Assembly (NCBI GenBank): GCA_001730085.1
Contig: MDLB01000107.1
Location: forward strand, 34,432 to 98,431
Length of the DNA stretch: 64,000 bases
Direction of reading: 5' to 3'
Source of the DNA: PVC group bacterium (ex Bugula neritina AB1)
GTDB lineage: Bacteria; GCA-001730085
This document shows positions 1 through 9,137 of the stretch, piece by piece (the first letter of the stretch is position 1; every line of letters starts with the position of its first letter). The notes under the pieces are model-generated. The model searched no databases. It was not told where the DNA came from and was given only the letters and a program-made list of their open reading frames with translations. A program made the translations under genes and the position numbers.

Positions 1-556
1 CAACAACTGTATCTACGATTCTTAACTTATTCGCCCTTAAAGAGCTCCCCGTTTCCGTCAACTCAACAATCGCGTCAACCAAATTAGGCGTTTTAACCTC
101 TGTCGCACCCCAAGAAAATTCCACAAAAGCATTGATTTTTTTTTGTTGCAAATAGGCCTTTGTCGCACCAACAAGCTCGGTAGCTATCGTTTTTCCTTCC
201 AAATCTTCAGGTTTCGTTATAGAAGAATTCTCAGGAACAGCTAAAACCCAACGAACAGCATTAGAGCCTTGCTTTGCATAGACAAGCTCCTCCACTTCTT
301 CAACATCTGCACCATTCTCTACTATCCAATCATGTCCCGTCAATCCAACATCCAAGGCTCCACCTTCAACGTACCTAGCCATTTCTTGCGCCCGTATAAG
401 AGTTATAGACAAAGTAGGGTCGTCAACATGAGGAAAATATGATCTCGAACTAACTGATATTTTAAAACCCGCTCTTCTAAAAAGATCGATCGTTGACTTT
501 TCCAAACTTCCTTTAGGAATACCAAGTTTAACCACGTTATAAAAACCTTTTTGCAT
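1..556 (-). CDS. hisG: ATP phosphoribosyltransferase HisG, 3' end truncated by window edge (not in ORF track because it has no stop in window)
   Basis: Manual translation of minus strand from ATG at 556..554 gives [37 protein letters not shown]...[17 protein letters not shown]...[25 protein letters not shown], the characteristic HisG fold sequence. Open to position 1. Confidence 0.8.
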   Translation of the reverse strand, partial: MQKGFYNVVKLGIPKGSLEKSTIDLFRRAGFKISVSSRSYFPHVDDPTLSITLIRAQEMARYVEGGALDVGLTGHDWIVENGADVEEVEELVYAKQGSNAVRWVLAVPENSSITKPEDLEGKTIATELVGATKAYLQQKKINAFVEFSWGATEVKTPNLVDAIVELTETGSSLRANKLRIVDTVV

Positions 557-590
557 GATATAAAGACAGAACAATAATTGACCGATATGA

Positions 591-666
591 TGGTGGGCAG
601 TACAGGACTCGAACCTGTGACATCATGCTTGTAAGGCATGCGCTCTACCAGCTGAGCTAACCGCCC
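591..666 (-). tRNA. tRNA-Val (anticodon TAC)
   Basis: Reverse complement reads GGGCGGTTAGCTCAGCTGGTAGAGCGCATGCCTTACAAGCATGATGTCACAGGTTCGAGTCCTGTACTGCCCACCA. Cloverleaf-consistent stems, anticodon loop CTTACAA, T-loop GGTTCGAGTCC, 3' CCA encoded. Confidence 0.9.
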
Positions 667-848
667 AAAAACCAGACAACAAGAGATAAGATTGTATCAT
701 AAAAAATAACTTTGTAAATGTTTTTTTTGACTTTCTATCTTTTAGAGAGCATTGTAAAACATCCTAAAATGTTTTTTGGATTTTTTTTTTAACAAAAGCA
801 TCTTATGAAATATAACCTATGGGAAAACATGTTTTTCCATCAAAAAAC

Positions 849-1805
849 TTACGAATTTTCTTTCTGAAAGATATCAAAAGGAGAATCCCCCTCGCCCAAA
901 GCAAATTTAAAAAAAGACTGTTGCGCCTGAACCCATATATTTTCCGAAGACCCCTTATCCTTTAAAGCTTTCTCCCAAAAAAGAGACGTTTCCTTCAGCC
1001 CCCCAGGCCTATGTGTATCAAGCTTAGGCAAGCCCCACTCTTTTGGATCAATAAAGCCTTCAACTTTTTTTTGTCCAATTTTACGGATATACCTTGTCGG
1101 CCTTTTCCAACAAATATCAGATGTCCCTTCTTCCCCAAAAACAAGCGTAACATTCTCTATGCGCCCCTCCATTGCATAAAAATACCTACCTACATAAGGC
1201 TCATGATGCAAAGTCAAAATAGCATGCGTCGCTCCATATGGATTCAAAAGTTTCTCAATCGTATGTAAAAAACTACGAAGACCAACTTCATTGCGCGAAG
1301 AAATAAGTTCTTCATAAAAAGAATACAACTCACATGCATCCCAAAGAACAGGATAATTTTCTAAAGAAAGAGGAATGTTTTGCAAAAAAGGATTTTCAGA
1401 AGAAAAAAGATCCCTTTCTGTTAAACCATATTTAGGACCTATCCCTCGAGCCCCTCCAACAACAACAGGAATACCTGCTTCTTGCAAAAGACCTGCAACT
1501 AACGGAGAAAGGTAAACACTTCTTTTCTTTCCATCAAAAGGACTAGACACAAGCAAACTTCTCGTATTAAAAGGCTTAAAAGGAGAAGGATATGCCTGCT
1601 CCCAAGCATCAAGAAACCCTTTAATTTCATCCTTTGTCGTAGTCTTTCGGCGCATTAACAAAAACAAAGCACCTAAATTTTCTCGAGAAAAGGCCTTCTC
1701 AAAAATCAAAAGACTCATTAAATCAAATGCCTCTTGATATGTATAATCTCTAGATGATCTAGGCCCATTACCTATGATTTTTAAAAATTTAACGGAAGGA
1801 TTCAC
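849..1805 (-). CDS. Glycosyltransferase family 3 (TrpD-like) protein, divergent. The PRPP-binding GTGGD and KHGN motifs are replaced (SSPFD, VGGA). Possibly a TrpD2/YbiB-type non-catalytic homolog.
   Basis: The segment SSPFDGKKRSVYLSPLVAGLLQEAGIPVVVGGARGIGPKYGLTERDL aligns to the TrpD core GTGGDGxxxNISTxxAxxxAxxGVPVAKHGNRSxSSKSGSADxLE. The N-terminal helical region resembles the TrpD N-domain. Only 28 bp downstream of hlyD, so possibly co-transcribed. Confidence 0.45.
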   Translation of the reverse strand: MNPSVKFLKIIGNGPRSSRDYTYQEAFDLMSLLIFEKAFSRENLGALFLLMRRKTTTKDEIKGFLDAWEQAYPSPFKPFNTRSLLVSSPFDGKKRSVYLSPLVAGLLQEAGIPVVVGGARGIGPKYGLTERDLFSSENPFLQNIPLSLENYPVLWDACELYSFYEELISSRNEVGLRSFLHTIEKLLNPYGATHAILTLHHEPYVGRYFYAMEGRIENVTLVFGEEGTSDICWKRPTRYIRKIGQKKVEGFIDPKEWGLPKLDTHRPGGLKETSLFWEKALKDKGSSENIWVQAQQSFFKFALGEGDSPFDIFQKENS

Positions 1806-1833
1806 AAGAAAACATCTAACTCAACGCTCAAAT

Positions 1834-3009
1834 TTATTTTTCCCCACCTGCTTCGGAAAGGGTTTTTCTTATAGGCTTTAGGATAAAGTCAATAACTCGC
1901 CTATTTCCGGTTAAAATGCTAACCTGCGCCGTCATTCCCGGAGAAACCTCTATCGTCCTCCCTATCCTAGTCTCAAAAGGACTTTCTGGCAATTTCACAT
2001 ATACCCGATAATAAGTCTGTTCTCCAAAGCGTGTTTCCTCTTTTAAGGTATCCGCACTCACATAAACAACTTCTCCAGATATACCGCCATAAATAGTATA
2101 GTCATAAGCATCAAAATTAATATTCGCAAACATTCCTGGACGAAGACCAGCAATATCTGCCGGGCGAATATTAACCTCAACAATCAACTCATCATCCAAC
2201 GGAACAATATTCATAAGTTCCTCACCACCCCGTAGCACAGCTCCTGGCGTTGTCAATTTAATATTTCGAACAATTCCCCTAACAGGTGCTTTTAAAATAG
2301 TATCATCTCTTTGCTGAATCCTTTGCTGCCTAATCTGCTCATTTTGACCGATCAAGTCTTCCACTTCAGCAAGCTTTTCATGAATAGATCGAAAATATGC
2401 ATTTCTGCGATTAATAAGCTGAGACCTAGCATTATTCAAAAGACCTTCAACCCTTAACACTTCCAAACGACTGACATCTCCCTTTGATTTCAAAGAGGTG
2501 GTAAGTTTTAACTCCTCTTCAGCCAAAGATACTGCTTTTTCTAAAACCTCCATCTCCTCTTTAAAAGCTTTTGTCCTTTGATTAAAAAGCAACCGCTGAA
2601 AAAGAACAACATCTGGATACTTATCAACTTCCGAAGGGAAAGAAACTGTATTCAAATTATTAATTTCTGACTTTAAGCGTGATTCGTGTGCATATAAAGA
2701 AGCTAGCTTGGCCTCTATCTCATTAACAGCCGAAGAGATTCTCTCCGTTTCCATATGTGCAAGAACTTGGCCAGCCTCGACGGAGTCTCCCTCTTGAACA
2801 AACAATGATTCAAGAACCCCACCATCAACAGACTGTATAACTTGAACACGACTTTTAGCAATAACTTCTCCCGCCCCTCTAACAACCTGCTCAATACTGT
2901 AAGCATAAGTCCAATAAACAAAAACCATAAATGCAAAAAAGATAACCCAAAAAAGAACTGACTTTGTCATCCCAGCTTTTTTTTTATCTACATTTTCATA
3001 CATATTCAT
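1834..3009 (-). CDS. hlyD: Type I secretion membrane fusion protein (HlyD family)
   Basis: N-terminal TM anchor, long coiled-coil region, and a C-terminal beta domain typical of HlyD/EmrA periplasmic adaptor proteins. Adjacent to the ABC exporter. Confidence 0.88.
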   Translation of the reverse strand: MNMYENVDKKKAGMTKSVLFWVIFFAFMVFVYWTYAYSIEQVVRGAGEVIAKSRVQVIQSVDGGVLESLFVQEGDSVEAGQVLAHMETERISSAVNEIEAKLASLYAHESRLKSEINNLNTVSFPSEVDKYPDVVLFQRLLFNQRTKAFKEEMEVLEKAVSLAEEELKLTTSLKSKGDVSRLEVLRVEGLLNNARSQLINRRNAYFRSIHEKLAEVEDLIGQNEQIRQQRIQQRDDTILKAPVRGIVRNIKLTTPGAVLRGGEELMNIVPLDDELIVEVNIRPADIAGLRPGMFANINFDAYDYTIYGGISGEVVYVSADTLKEETRFGEQTYYRVYVKLPESPFETRIGRTIEVSPGMTAQVSILTGNRRVIDFILKPIRKTLSEAGGEK

Positions 3010-3019
3010 CTCTAAGCCT

Positions 3020-5149
3020 CTATTTCTTTACAGATTCTTTCGCGGAAGCGATTTGCCTCAAAACATCTTCCGAATTACCATCAACCACAATTTTTCCGTT
3101 TTTCATAACCATTATCCGGTTAGCCAATTCTATTAATTTCGGCCGGTGCGTAACAACAACTAAAATATCTTTTTCTCTAACATAGTTACGCAATAGAGAT
3201 AAAACCCTTGCCTCTGCTTCATTATCCATAGATGCGGTTGGCTCATCCAATAACCATATATTTGGCATAGACAAGAAAAGCCTAGACACAGCAACAAGTT
3301 GTCGCTGCCCAACAGAAAGACCTACGCCTCCCTCACTAATCTTAACCTCCATCCCTCGAAGATTATCGGCAGCAATTTTATCTAACCCCAAATATTGAAT
3401 AACTGATAAAAATCGCGCATCATCGACCAATCCGGACATCATCATGTTGCTTCGCAAAGTCCCTTTAAAGAGATGAACATCTTGAGGCAAATAACCAATA
3501 GTTTTATTAATAATATGCTGATCGAGCTGCCACATATCTGCATTACCCAAAAGAACTCTTCCCGAAGAAGGAAAAGACAACCCTGCAAGCATCTTAAGAA
3601 GTGTAGACTTCCCTGAACCACTCGAACCCAAAATAGCGACACGGTCACCTTCTTTTAAAGATAAAAATGGAATTTGCAATCTAAGAACAGGCTCTTCTTT
3701 GGAATAAGAAAACTGTATATCCTTTAAAGTCAAAGAGTTCTCAATCTTTTCGGGAGCCAAAGAGTCTGCATTCTCTTCTCTAAAAGGTTCTAAAGACAAC
3801 AATTCATCAAGAGCCGCCATAGAATGCCTAACGTTTTCCCATTGACTCAACCTCTGAACCATTTGAACAACAGGACCTGAAACCCTTCCAGACAAAATAG
3901 TACATGCAATCAATCCACCCATTGTCAACTGACCCGCTTCGATCTCTCCAACCCCAACAAAAACAGTCGTAACATAAGCAATACTAGACATTGCCATACT
4001 GCTATTTTGCGCAATATCTATGACCATCTTATTCCTAAAAGAAGACCTCGACGATGAAGAAGAAATCGCCTTCCAAGCATCACTAAACTTCCAAGATGCT
4101 CCTGAACTAAAAATAGTTTCTGACCCTCGAATCGTATCAACAAGAAGTCCTTGTCTTTCACTGGACCTACTAATAATTTCTTTAGAAAGAGAACTCATCC
4201 GAAAGCGAATCCAAAGCCCTATCAATACAGAGATAAAAAGAAGAACAACCGGAACAAATCCAACACGACCACCTACTGCAAAAATAACCACAATAAAAAA
4301 AGCAACAAAAGGCAGATCCGTGAATGTAAAAATAATAGACGAAGAAAAGAAATTACGCACTGACTCCAACCCATTAACCTGAGAAGTTAAAGTCCCTATA
4401 CTTTGAGGTCTACGGTCGGGTCGAATATTCAACATATGATCATAAACTTTTTGTGAAATTTCACGATCCATATCGCTTGAAACATTATTCAAAATCCACG
4501 TGCGAATGTATTTCAAAAGCCAATCGACAAAAATAATCACCCCTATCGCAAAAGTCAATGTGAGCAAAGTGGCACGCGCGAAAGAAGGAACAACTCTATC
4601 GTAAACCTGAATAGAGTACATCGATATCGCAACTGCCAAAACATTTATAAGAACTGTTGCCAATAAAACCTCTACGAACCATCTTTTAGTTTTAAACATA
4701 GCTTTAAAAACCAACCCCAAAGAAGGACTACTGATAGATATTCCTTTTTTACGCGATTGTAAAACTTTTAAAAGCAAAACCTTTGATTGACCCAAAGACT
4801 CTTCTGAGATCGAAGTTTCAGCAAAATCCTGATCCGTTAAAACAAACTCACTTTCTTCACAAGAGTGAACAACATACCACTTGTCATCATGAGATACAAG
4901 CGCTGGCAAATATCGCTTATCCAGTCGATCCCATGGGATCAAAAGTCCTTGAACATTACGACAGTTAACCTTTTTAAAAACATAGTAAAGTTGCTCTAAT
5001 AAAGGTTTTGCTGCAAGATCTGGATCTTTTTCAATTTCTGAACAAGCCTGTTGCAACTGAGTAGGAGAAACAGCAACGCCCAACTTAGACAATAAAATTC
5101 TAAGTGTATTATGCTCTAAAAAGTTTTCTTTTTTAAGATCTTCTGACAT
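3020..5149 (-). CDS. hlyB: Type I secretion ABC transporter (HlyB-like): N-terminal C39-like domain, 6-TM domain, and C-terminal NBD
   Basis: Walker A GSSGSGKST, ABC signature LSVGQRQ, Walker B LLDEPTASMD. The N-terminal ~130 aa resemble the HlyB C39-like domain (TLRILLSKLGVAVSPTQLQQ ... LPALVSHDDKWYVVHS) without an obvious catalytic Cys motif. Confidence 0.9.
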   Translation of the reverse strand: MSEDLKKENFLEHNTLRILLSKLGVAVSPTQLQQACSEIEKDPDLAAKPLLEQLYYVFKKVNCRNVQGLLIPWDRLDKRYLPALVSHDDKWYVVHSCEESEFVLTDQDFAETSISEESLGQSKVLLLKVLQSRKKGISISSPSLGLVFKAMFKTKRWFVEVLLATVLINVLAVAISMYSIQVYDRVVPSFARATLLTLTFAIGVIIFVDWLLKYIRTWILNNVSSDMDREISQKVYDHMLNIRPDRRPQSIGTLTSQVNGLESVRNFFSSSIIFTFTDLPFVAFFIVVIFAVGGRVGFVPVVLLFISVLIGLWIRFRMSSLSKEIISRSSERQGLLVDTIRGSETIFSSGASWKFSDAWKAISSSSSRSSFRNKMVIDIAQNSSMAMSSIAYVTTVFVGVGEIEAGQLTMGGLIACTILSGRVSGPVVQMVQRLSQWENVRHSMAALDELLSLEPFREENADSLAPEKIENSLTLKDIQFSYSKEEPVLRLQIPFLSLKEGDRVAILGSSGSGKSTLLKMLAGLSFPSSGRVLLGNADMWQLDQHIINKTIGYLPQDVHLFKGTLRSNMMMSGLVDDARFLSVIQYLGLDKIAADNLRGMEVKISEGGVGLSVGQRQLVAVSRLFLSMPNIWLLDEPTASMDNEAEARVLSLLRNYVREKDILVVVTHRPKLIELANRIMVMKNGKIVVDGNSEDVLRQIASAKESVKK

Positions 5150-6422
5150 GCTTCACCCCTGCATATGAATCTAAGTCCCCAATCAAAATAGATATTTGCA
5201 AAATTTTTTGCAATTCTTGTGTCCGCACACCTTCAAGTTGTTGTTGCAGAGAAAACTTTTCTTTCTGAAGGTTCAAAATTTCCAACCAAGACTTATGTCC
5301 TGAGTCAAACTGGCGCAAAAAAGAGGTTTGAGTATCTTTGATCAAGTCCAAAGAGCGCTTCAAATACTCTTGAATTTCTTTTTGGGTCTTGATCTGATAT
5401 ATCAAGTCAAGTAATTTTTCAGCAACATCAACTTTCACATCTTCCACTCTCTGCACAGCAACTTCCATTTGCTGTTTTTTTCTCTTCACATCAGCTATTT
5501 TTTGAAGCCCCATACCTGCCCAATCAGACTCCATAACAAGTCCCGCTCTTGTTTCTTCCTTCACATTGGAAAACATTTGATATTCAAACCGCCCCTTAAA
5601 AGTAGGGAAAAACTCCCTAAAACTCGCCTTCAAAGAATTTTCCATGCGGTCAAAAGCTATCTTTTCAGCTAAAACTTCGACCGAGTTTTCATGCGCTCGA
5701 CGAACCAGTTCAGATGTATCTAAAGAATGAATATTTTTTGAAAAACAATCTTCATCTAAGTAGTTAGTCGAATGCAAGGACTCTAAAGATCCAAGTTTAT
5801 CATCAAAAGTGATAAGCCTCAGCTTCTCCAAAACTTGCTCAACCCTACCTCTAACAGTTGCAAGAGTACTTTCAGCATCAAGAGCTCTAACTTGTGCCAA
5901 TTGAACATCCGCCTTAGGGGCATAGTCTCCTTCAAATCGACTCGTTATAAACTTCACCAAAAGATTATGTTCTTCCAAATTATCCTGAGCAAAAGCGAGC
6001 TGCTTACGCGCACCTATCAGTGCCACATACTGAAAAGCAACTTTTTGCATAACCTCACGACAGGTGGACAAATGTTTAATTTGAGATTCTTCTAAATTGA
6101 TTTTTTGAGATTTGACACGGGTATTGATTTTTCCAAAGTCAAAAACGACTTGATCAATCTGAGCAACAGCCTTACTTTCCTTGTCATCAACACTTCCATA
6201 GCCATTAACAATAAACTTTGGAAAGAAATCAGCCCTTGTCTGTTTCACAGAGAATTCGGCTGAATTAATTTCAGCTAAAGCAACTTTAACTTTCGGATGA
6301 TTTTGAACCGCAGAAATCAGCGCTCTAGAAAGCTGGCCAGCAAAAATTTCATCCCCTCCAACACTACTGAAGAAGAAAAAAAGAACACAGGTTATGCGTA
6401 AGCTTTGCATATAAAGACGCAT
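5133..6422 (-). CDS. tolC: TolC-family outer membrane channel protein (T1SS outer membrane component)
   Basis: Signal peptide, coiled-coil/beta-barrel repeat architecture of TolC/OprM-family proteins. 17-bp overlap with the hlyB start indicates an operon. Confidence 0.75.
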   Translation of the reverse strand: MRLYMQSLRITCVLFFFFSSVGGDEIFAGQLSRALISAVQNHPKVKVALAEINSAEFSVKQTRADFFPKFIVNGYGSVDDKESKAVAQIDQVVFDFGKINTRVKSQKINLEESQIKHLSTCREVMQKVAFQYVALIGARKQLAFAQDNLEEHNLLVKFITSRFEGDYAPKADVQLAQVRALDAESTLATVRGRVEQVLEKLRLITFDDKLGSLESLHSTNYLDEDCFSKNIHSLDTSELVRRAHENSVEVLAEKIAFDRMENSLKASFREFFPTFKGRFEYQMFSNVKEETRAGLVMESDWAGMGLQKIADVKRKKQQMEVAVQRVEDVKVDVAEKLLDLIYQIKTQKEIQEYLKRSLDLIKDTQTSFLRQFDSGHKSWLEILNLQKEKFSLQQQLEGVRTQELQKILQISILIGDLDSYAGVKHVRRS

Positions 6423-6792
6423 TTATATCTCCCTTTAACTATTTTCCCAAAAAACACAGTTCAAAATTGTAACAAGATTTTTTGAAGAAAACAAGAAAAA
6501 AAGAGTTAAGAAGCCTCCTCTCTATATTTGGATTTTTTTCGACAGAGGTATGCAAGCCTGTTGCGAAATATAGAAACTAAAAAAACACTCCAAAAAAACT
6601 CCGAAAAGCCTCTCGGAGAGCCTCTCAAAAGAGCGACAAGCCTTACTGCAAAAGAGTATAAAATATTACTTTAAAAACTTTTTTAAGTTTTTAAAAGTTC
6701 AACCTGTGTTAGGTTAGATTTCTACAACCCAAACATCTTTAAATAATTATTATAAATCTTTGTCAAGATGAAACTATTTGACTTTGTAAAAT

Positions 6793-8067
6793 TTAGCTCG
6801 CACTGTTTAGTTTGTCACAAGCTTGTTTAAGAATATTCAATGTTATTTTATGAGCTGGAGTTGAGGTTTCATCAGAAGCTATACTTGGGAAAAAGCCTCT
6901 TTTCTTAATATCCTCAAGGTTTAAATCTTGTCTTTCCCAAAGACATTTTGGAGAGTTCTTCTGACATAAAAGTTGCAACATATTTTGATCCCCAAGCCCC
7001 AAGTCAACAAACTTATGCTTTACTCCATCTTTGCCTAGTACAAAACCCGTATCTCCTCCCTCTGGAATTTGGGTATAACATCTATCTCCAAAGGCAATCA
7101 CTTCTTCTGCAACTTCAGAAAGAGAAGTATCGTCTCGTCTAGAAATGTCTTCCATAATTCTCTTAACCGCAGATTGTTTATCCGATCTACATATAGCCAA
7201 AGTTTTGTCGTCCCATAGAGAAACTTTAGCATCTGGCTTTTCTTCGTTTTTAAAAAAAAATTCGATTTCTTTACAAAGAATCTCTATTTCTTTTGTTTTA
7301 TCACGCAAAGGAGGATGATCTCCCTTAAATGTAATCTGTATCTGTGATAAACCATTTCTTGCCTCATTTTTAAGATCTTCAGTCTCACTCGTTATCGGAT
7401 TGACAGTCAATTCGTAATCTGTCCATATTTCTTTAATAGCGTCAGTAATCGCCTTGTTAAATTGGATATCTAATTTATCTTGTAAAACATACTTCTTTGA
7501 ATATTCCTTATCTAAACTAAACCTTTTTTTATTAGAGTCAAAAACATATCTTGCAGCACCTTGCAGAGCATATAAGACAAAATTATTGAATAAACAATTC
7601 AAAAGTAACTCTGAATTATTGGACTTTAAAATTCTTTGAACAAGAGGGTCCAAAATACTCCTAAATGCAATCCCTTCATAAGCAGCTGTTACTAAATAAA
7701 CAGACTTCCCGTTCAAAAGAAAGGATATAAAAATATCTAAAAGATCATCAGATACTGGAGTCATTCGAGCATCTTCAGATAAAGTGTCATCCACATCAAA
7801 AACCAAAATTTTTGAATTAACAACAGTCTGCGCAGCCATTTTTACCGTTACATCACGAAATCTTTCGAAATGTAACTTTTGTTCCTCACTAAGTCTTTGA
7901 ATGTCAAAATCTTTCCCAGACATCGTATTAATAATTTCTTCAAGCTTTTGCCTGTATCTTCCCTTGTGGCCATCTTCTTCAATAAGCGAACTAAAAACAG
8001 CAAGTGGAAAAAGGTTAGAAACATATATAAACATTACGAACATCATAAATAATAGTTTTGCTTTCAT
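6793..8067 (-). CDS. Hypothetical exported HAD-superfamily hydrolase-like protein
   Basis: N-terminal hydrophobic signal/anchor (MKAKLLFMMFVMFIYVSNLFPLAVFS). HAD motif I LVFDVDDTL, motif II-like VYLVTAA, possible motif IV AFGDRCYTQIPEGGD. Confidence 0.45.
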   Translation of the reverse strand: MKAKLLFMMFVMFIYVSNLFPLAVFSSLIEEDGHKGRYRQKLEEIINTMSGKDFDIQRLSEEQKLHFERFRDVTVKMAAQTVVNSKILVFDVDDTLSEDARMTPVSDDLLDIFISFLLNGKSVYLVTAAYEGIAFRSILDPLVQRILKSNNSELLLNCLFNNFVLYALQGAARYVFDSNKKRFSLDKEYSKKYVLQDKLDIQFNKAITDAIKEIWTDYELTVNPITSETEDLKNEARNGLSQIQITFKGDHPPLRDKTKEIEILCKEIEFFFKNEEKPDAKVSLWDDKTLAICRSDKQSAVKRIMEDISRRDDTSLSEVAEEVIAFGDRCYTQIPEGGDTGFVLGKDGVKHKFVDLGLGDQNMLQLLCQKNSPKCLWERQDLNLEDIKKRGFFPSIASDETSTPAHKITLNILKQACDKLNSAS

Positions 8068-8261
8068 ATAATCTATTTTTCCTTTAATAAAATTGAAAAA
8101 CTATAACCAGACCTCTGAAAGAATATCATTTTAAGTGCCACGTGTAAAGTTCACTTCGAAGGCTTAGAATACGCTACCTACTCTCCTCTACAGTTTCTTA
8201 GTTTAGCATAAACATTTGACACCTTATTTAAACTCATGCTATTCTTATTAAATAATAGCTT

Positions 8262-9137
8262 ATGAACACAGAAAAACATTTAGATTCATTCGTAGAGCTT
8301 ATTCGATTGGCATCCACTGATTTACCTCACGATGTTGAGGAAAAAATCGTTCAAGGACTTCAAAACGAAGAAAAAGACTCTTCTGCATATAAATCTCTAA
8401 AAGCGATTGTTAATAATATTTCTATTGCAAGAGAACAGTCTCTCCCTATGTGTCAAGACACTGGCACTAATATCTACTTCATAAAAGCGCCATACAGTGT
8501 GAGACATGCTGATCTTGTAAAAACGATAAAAAAAGCTACAACGATCGCAACCGAAAAAGGCTACTTACGCCCTAACACTGTCGATACTTTAACAGGAAAA
8601 AATTTAGAAAAAAATTGGGGAGAAGGTCAACCTTTTTTTCACATAGAACAAGTTGAAGCAGATAAACTTGAAATAAACCTTATACTTAAAGGTGGTGGTT
8701 GCGAAAATGTTGGCGCTCAATACTCTCTCCCCGACGCTAGTATCTCTGCGGGTAGAGACATTTCTGGCATCAAAAAATGTATCCTCGATGCCGCTTTTAA
8801 AGCGCAAGGCAGAGGGTGTGCCCCAGGAATTTTAGGCGTTGGAATTGGAGGAGATCGCGCAACCTCATATTTATTATCAAAAGAGCAATTCACTCGGACT
8901 CTTAACTCTTCAAGTACTAATCCTCTTTTAGCCTCTATGGAAAAAGAGCTTTACGCTAAGTGCAATCAACTAGAAATAGGACCAATGGGTTACGGAGGAA
9001 AAACCACAGTACTAGGGGTTTTAATTGGGTCTCAAACAAGAATACCTGCTTCTTACTTTGTGAGTATTTCCTATATGTGCTGGACTTTTAGAAGAAGGTC
9101 TCTGATCTTTGAAAACAATAGGATTTCCTATGAATAA
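8262..9137 (+). CDS. fumA: Class I fumarate hydratase / L(+)-tartrate dehydratase alpha subunit (Fe-S hydro-lyase)
   Basis: Signature LPMCQDTGT and overall similarity to the FumA N-terminal/TtdA family. Confidence 0.85.
   Translation: MNTEKHLDSFVELIRLASTDLPHDVEEKIVQGLQNEEKDSSAYKSLKAIVNNISIAREQSLPMCQDTGTNIYFIKAPYSVRHADLVKTIKKATTIATEKGYLRPNTVDTLTGKNLEKNWGEGQPFFHIEQVEADKLEINLILKGGGCENVGAQYSLPDASISAGRDISGIKKCILDAAFKAQGRGCAPGILGVGIGGDRATSYLLSKEQFTRTLNSSSTNPLLASMEKELYAKCNQLEIGPMGYGGKTTVLGVLIGSQTRIPASYFVSISYMCWTFRRRSLIFENNRISYE

Noticed and set aside
403-639. 78-aa ORF on the minus strand
   Set aside because: Out of frame with and overlapping the hisG coding region and the tRNA-Val gene. Low-complexity translation.
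3442-4968. Several 60-120 aa ORFs inside hlyB (3442..3648, 4020..4382, 4151..4363, 4783..4968)
   Set aside because: All are embedded in or antisense to the well-supported 709-aa ABC transporter gene. Typical shadow ORFs.
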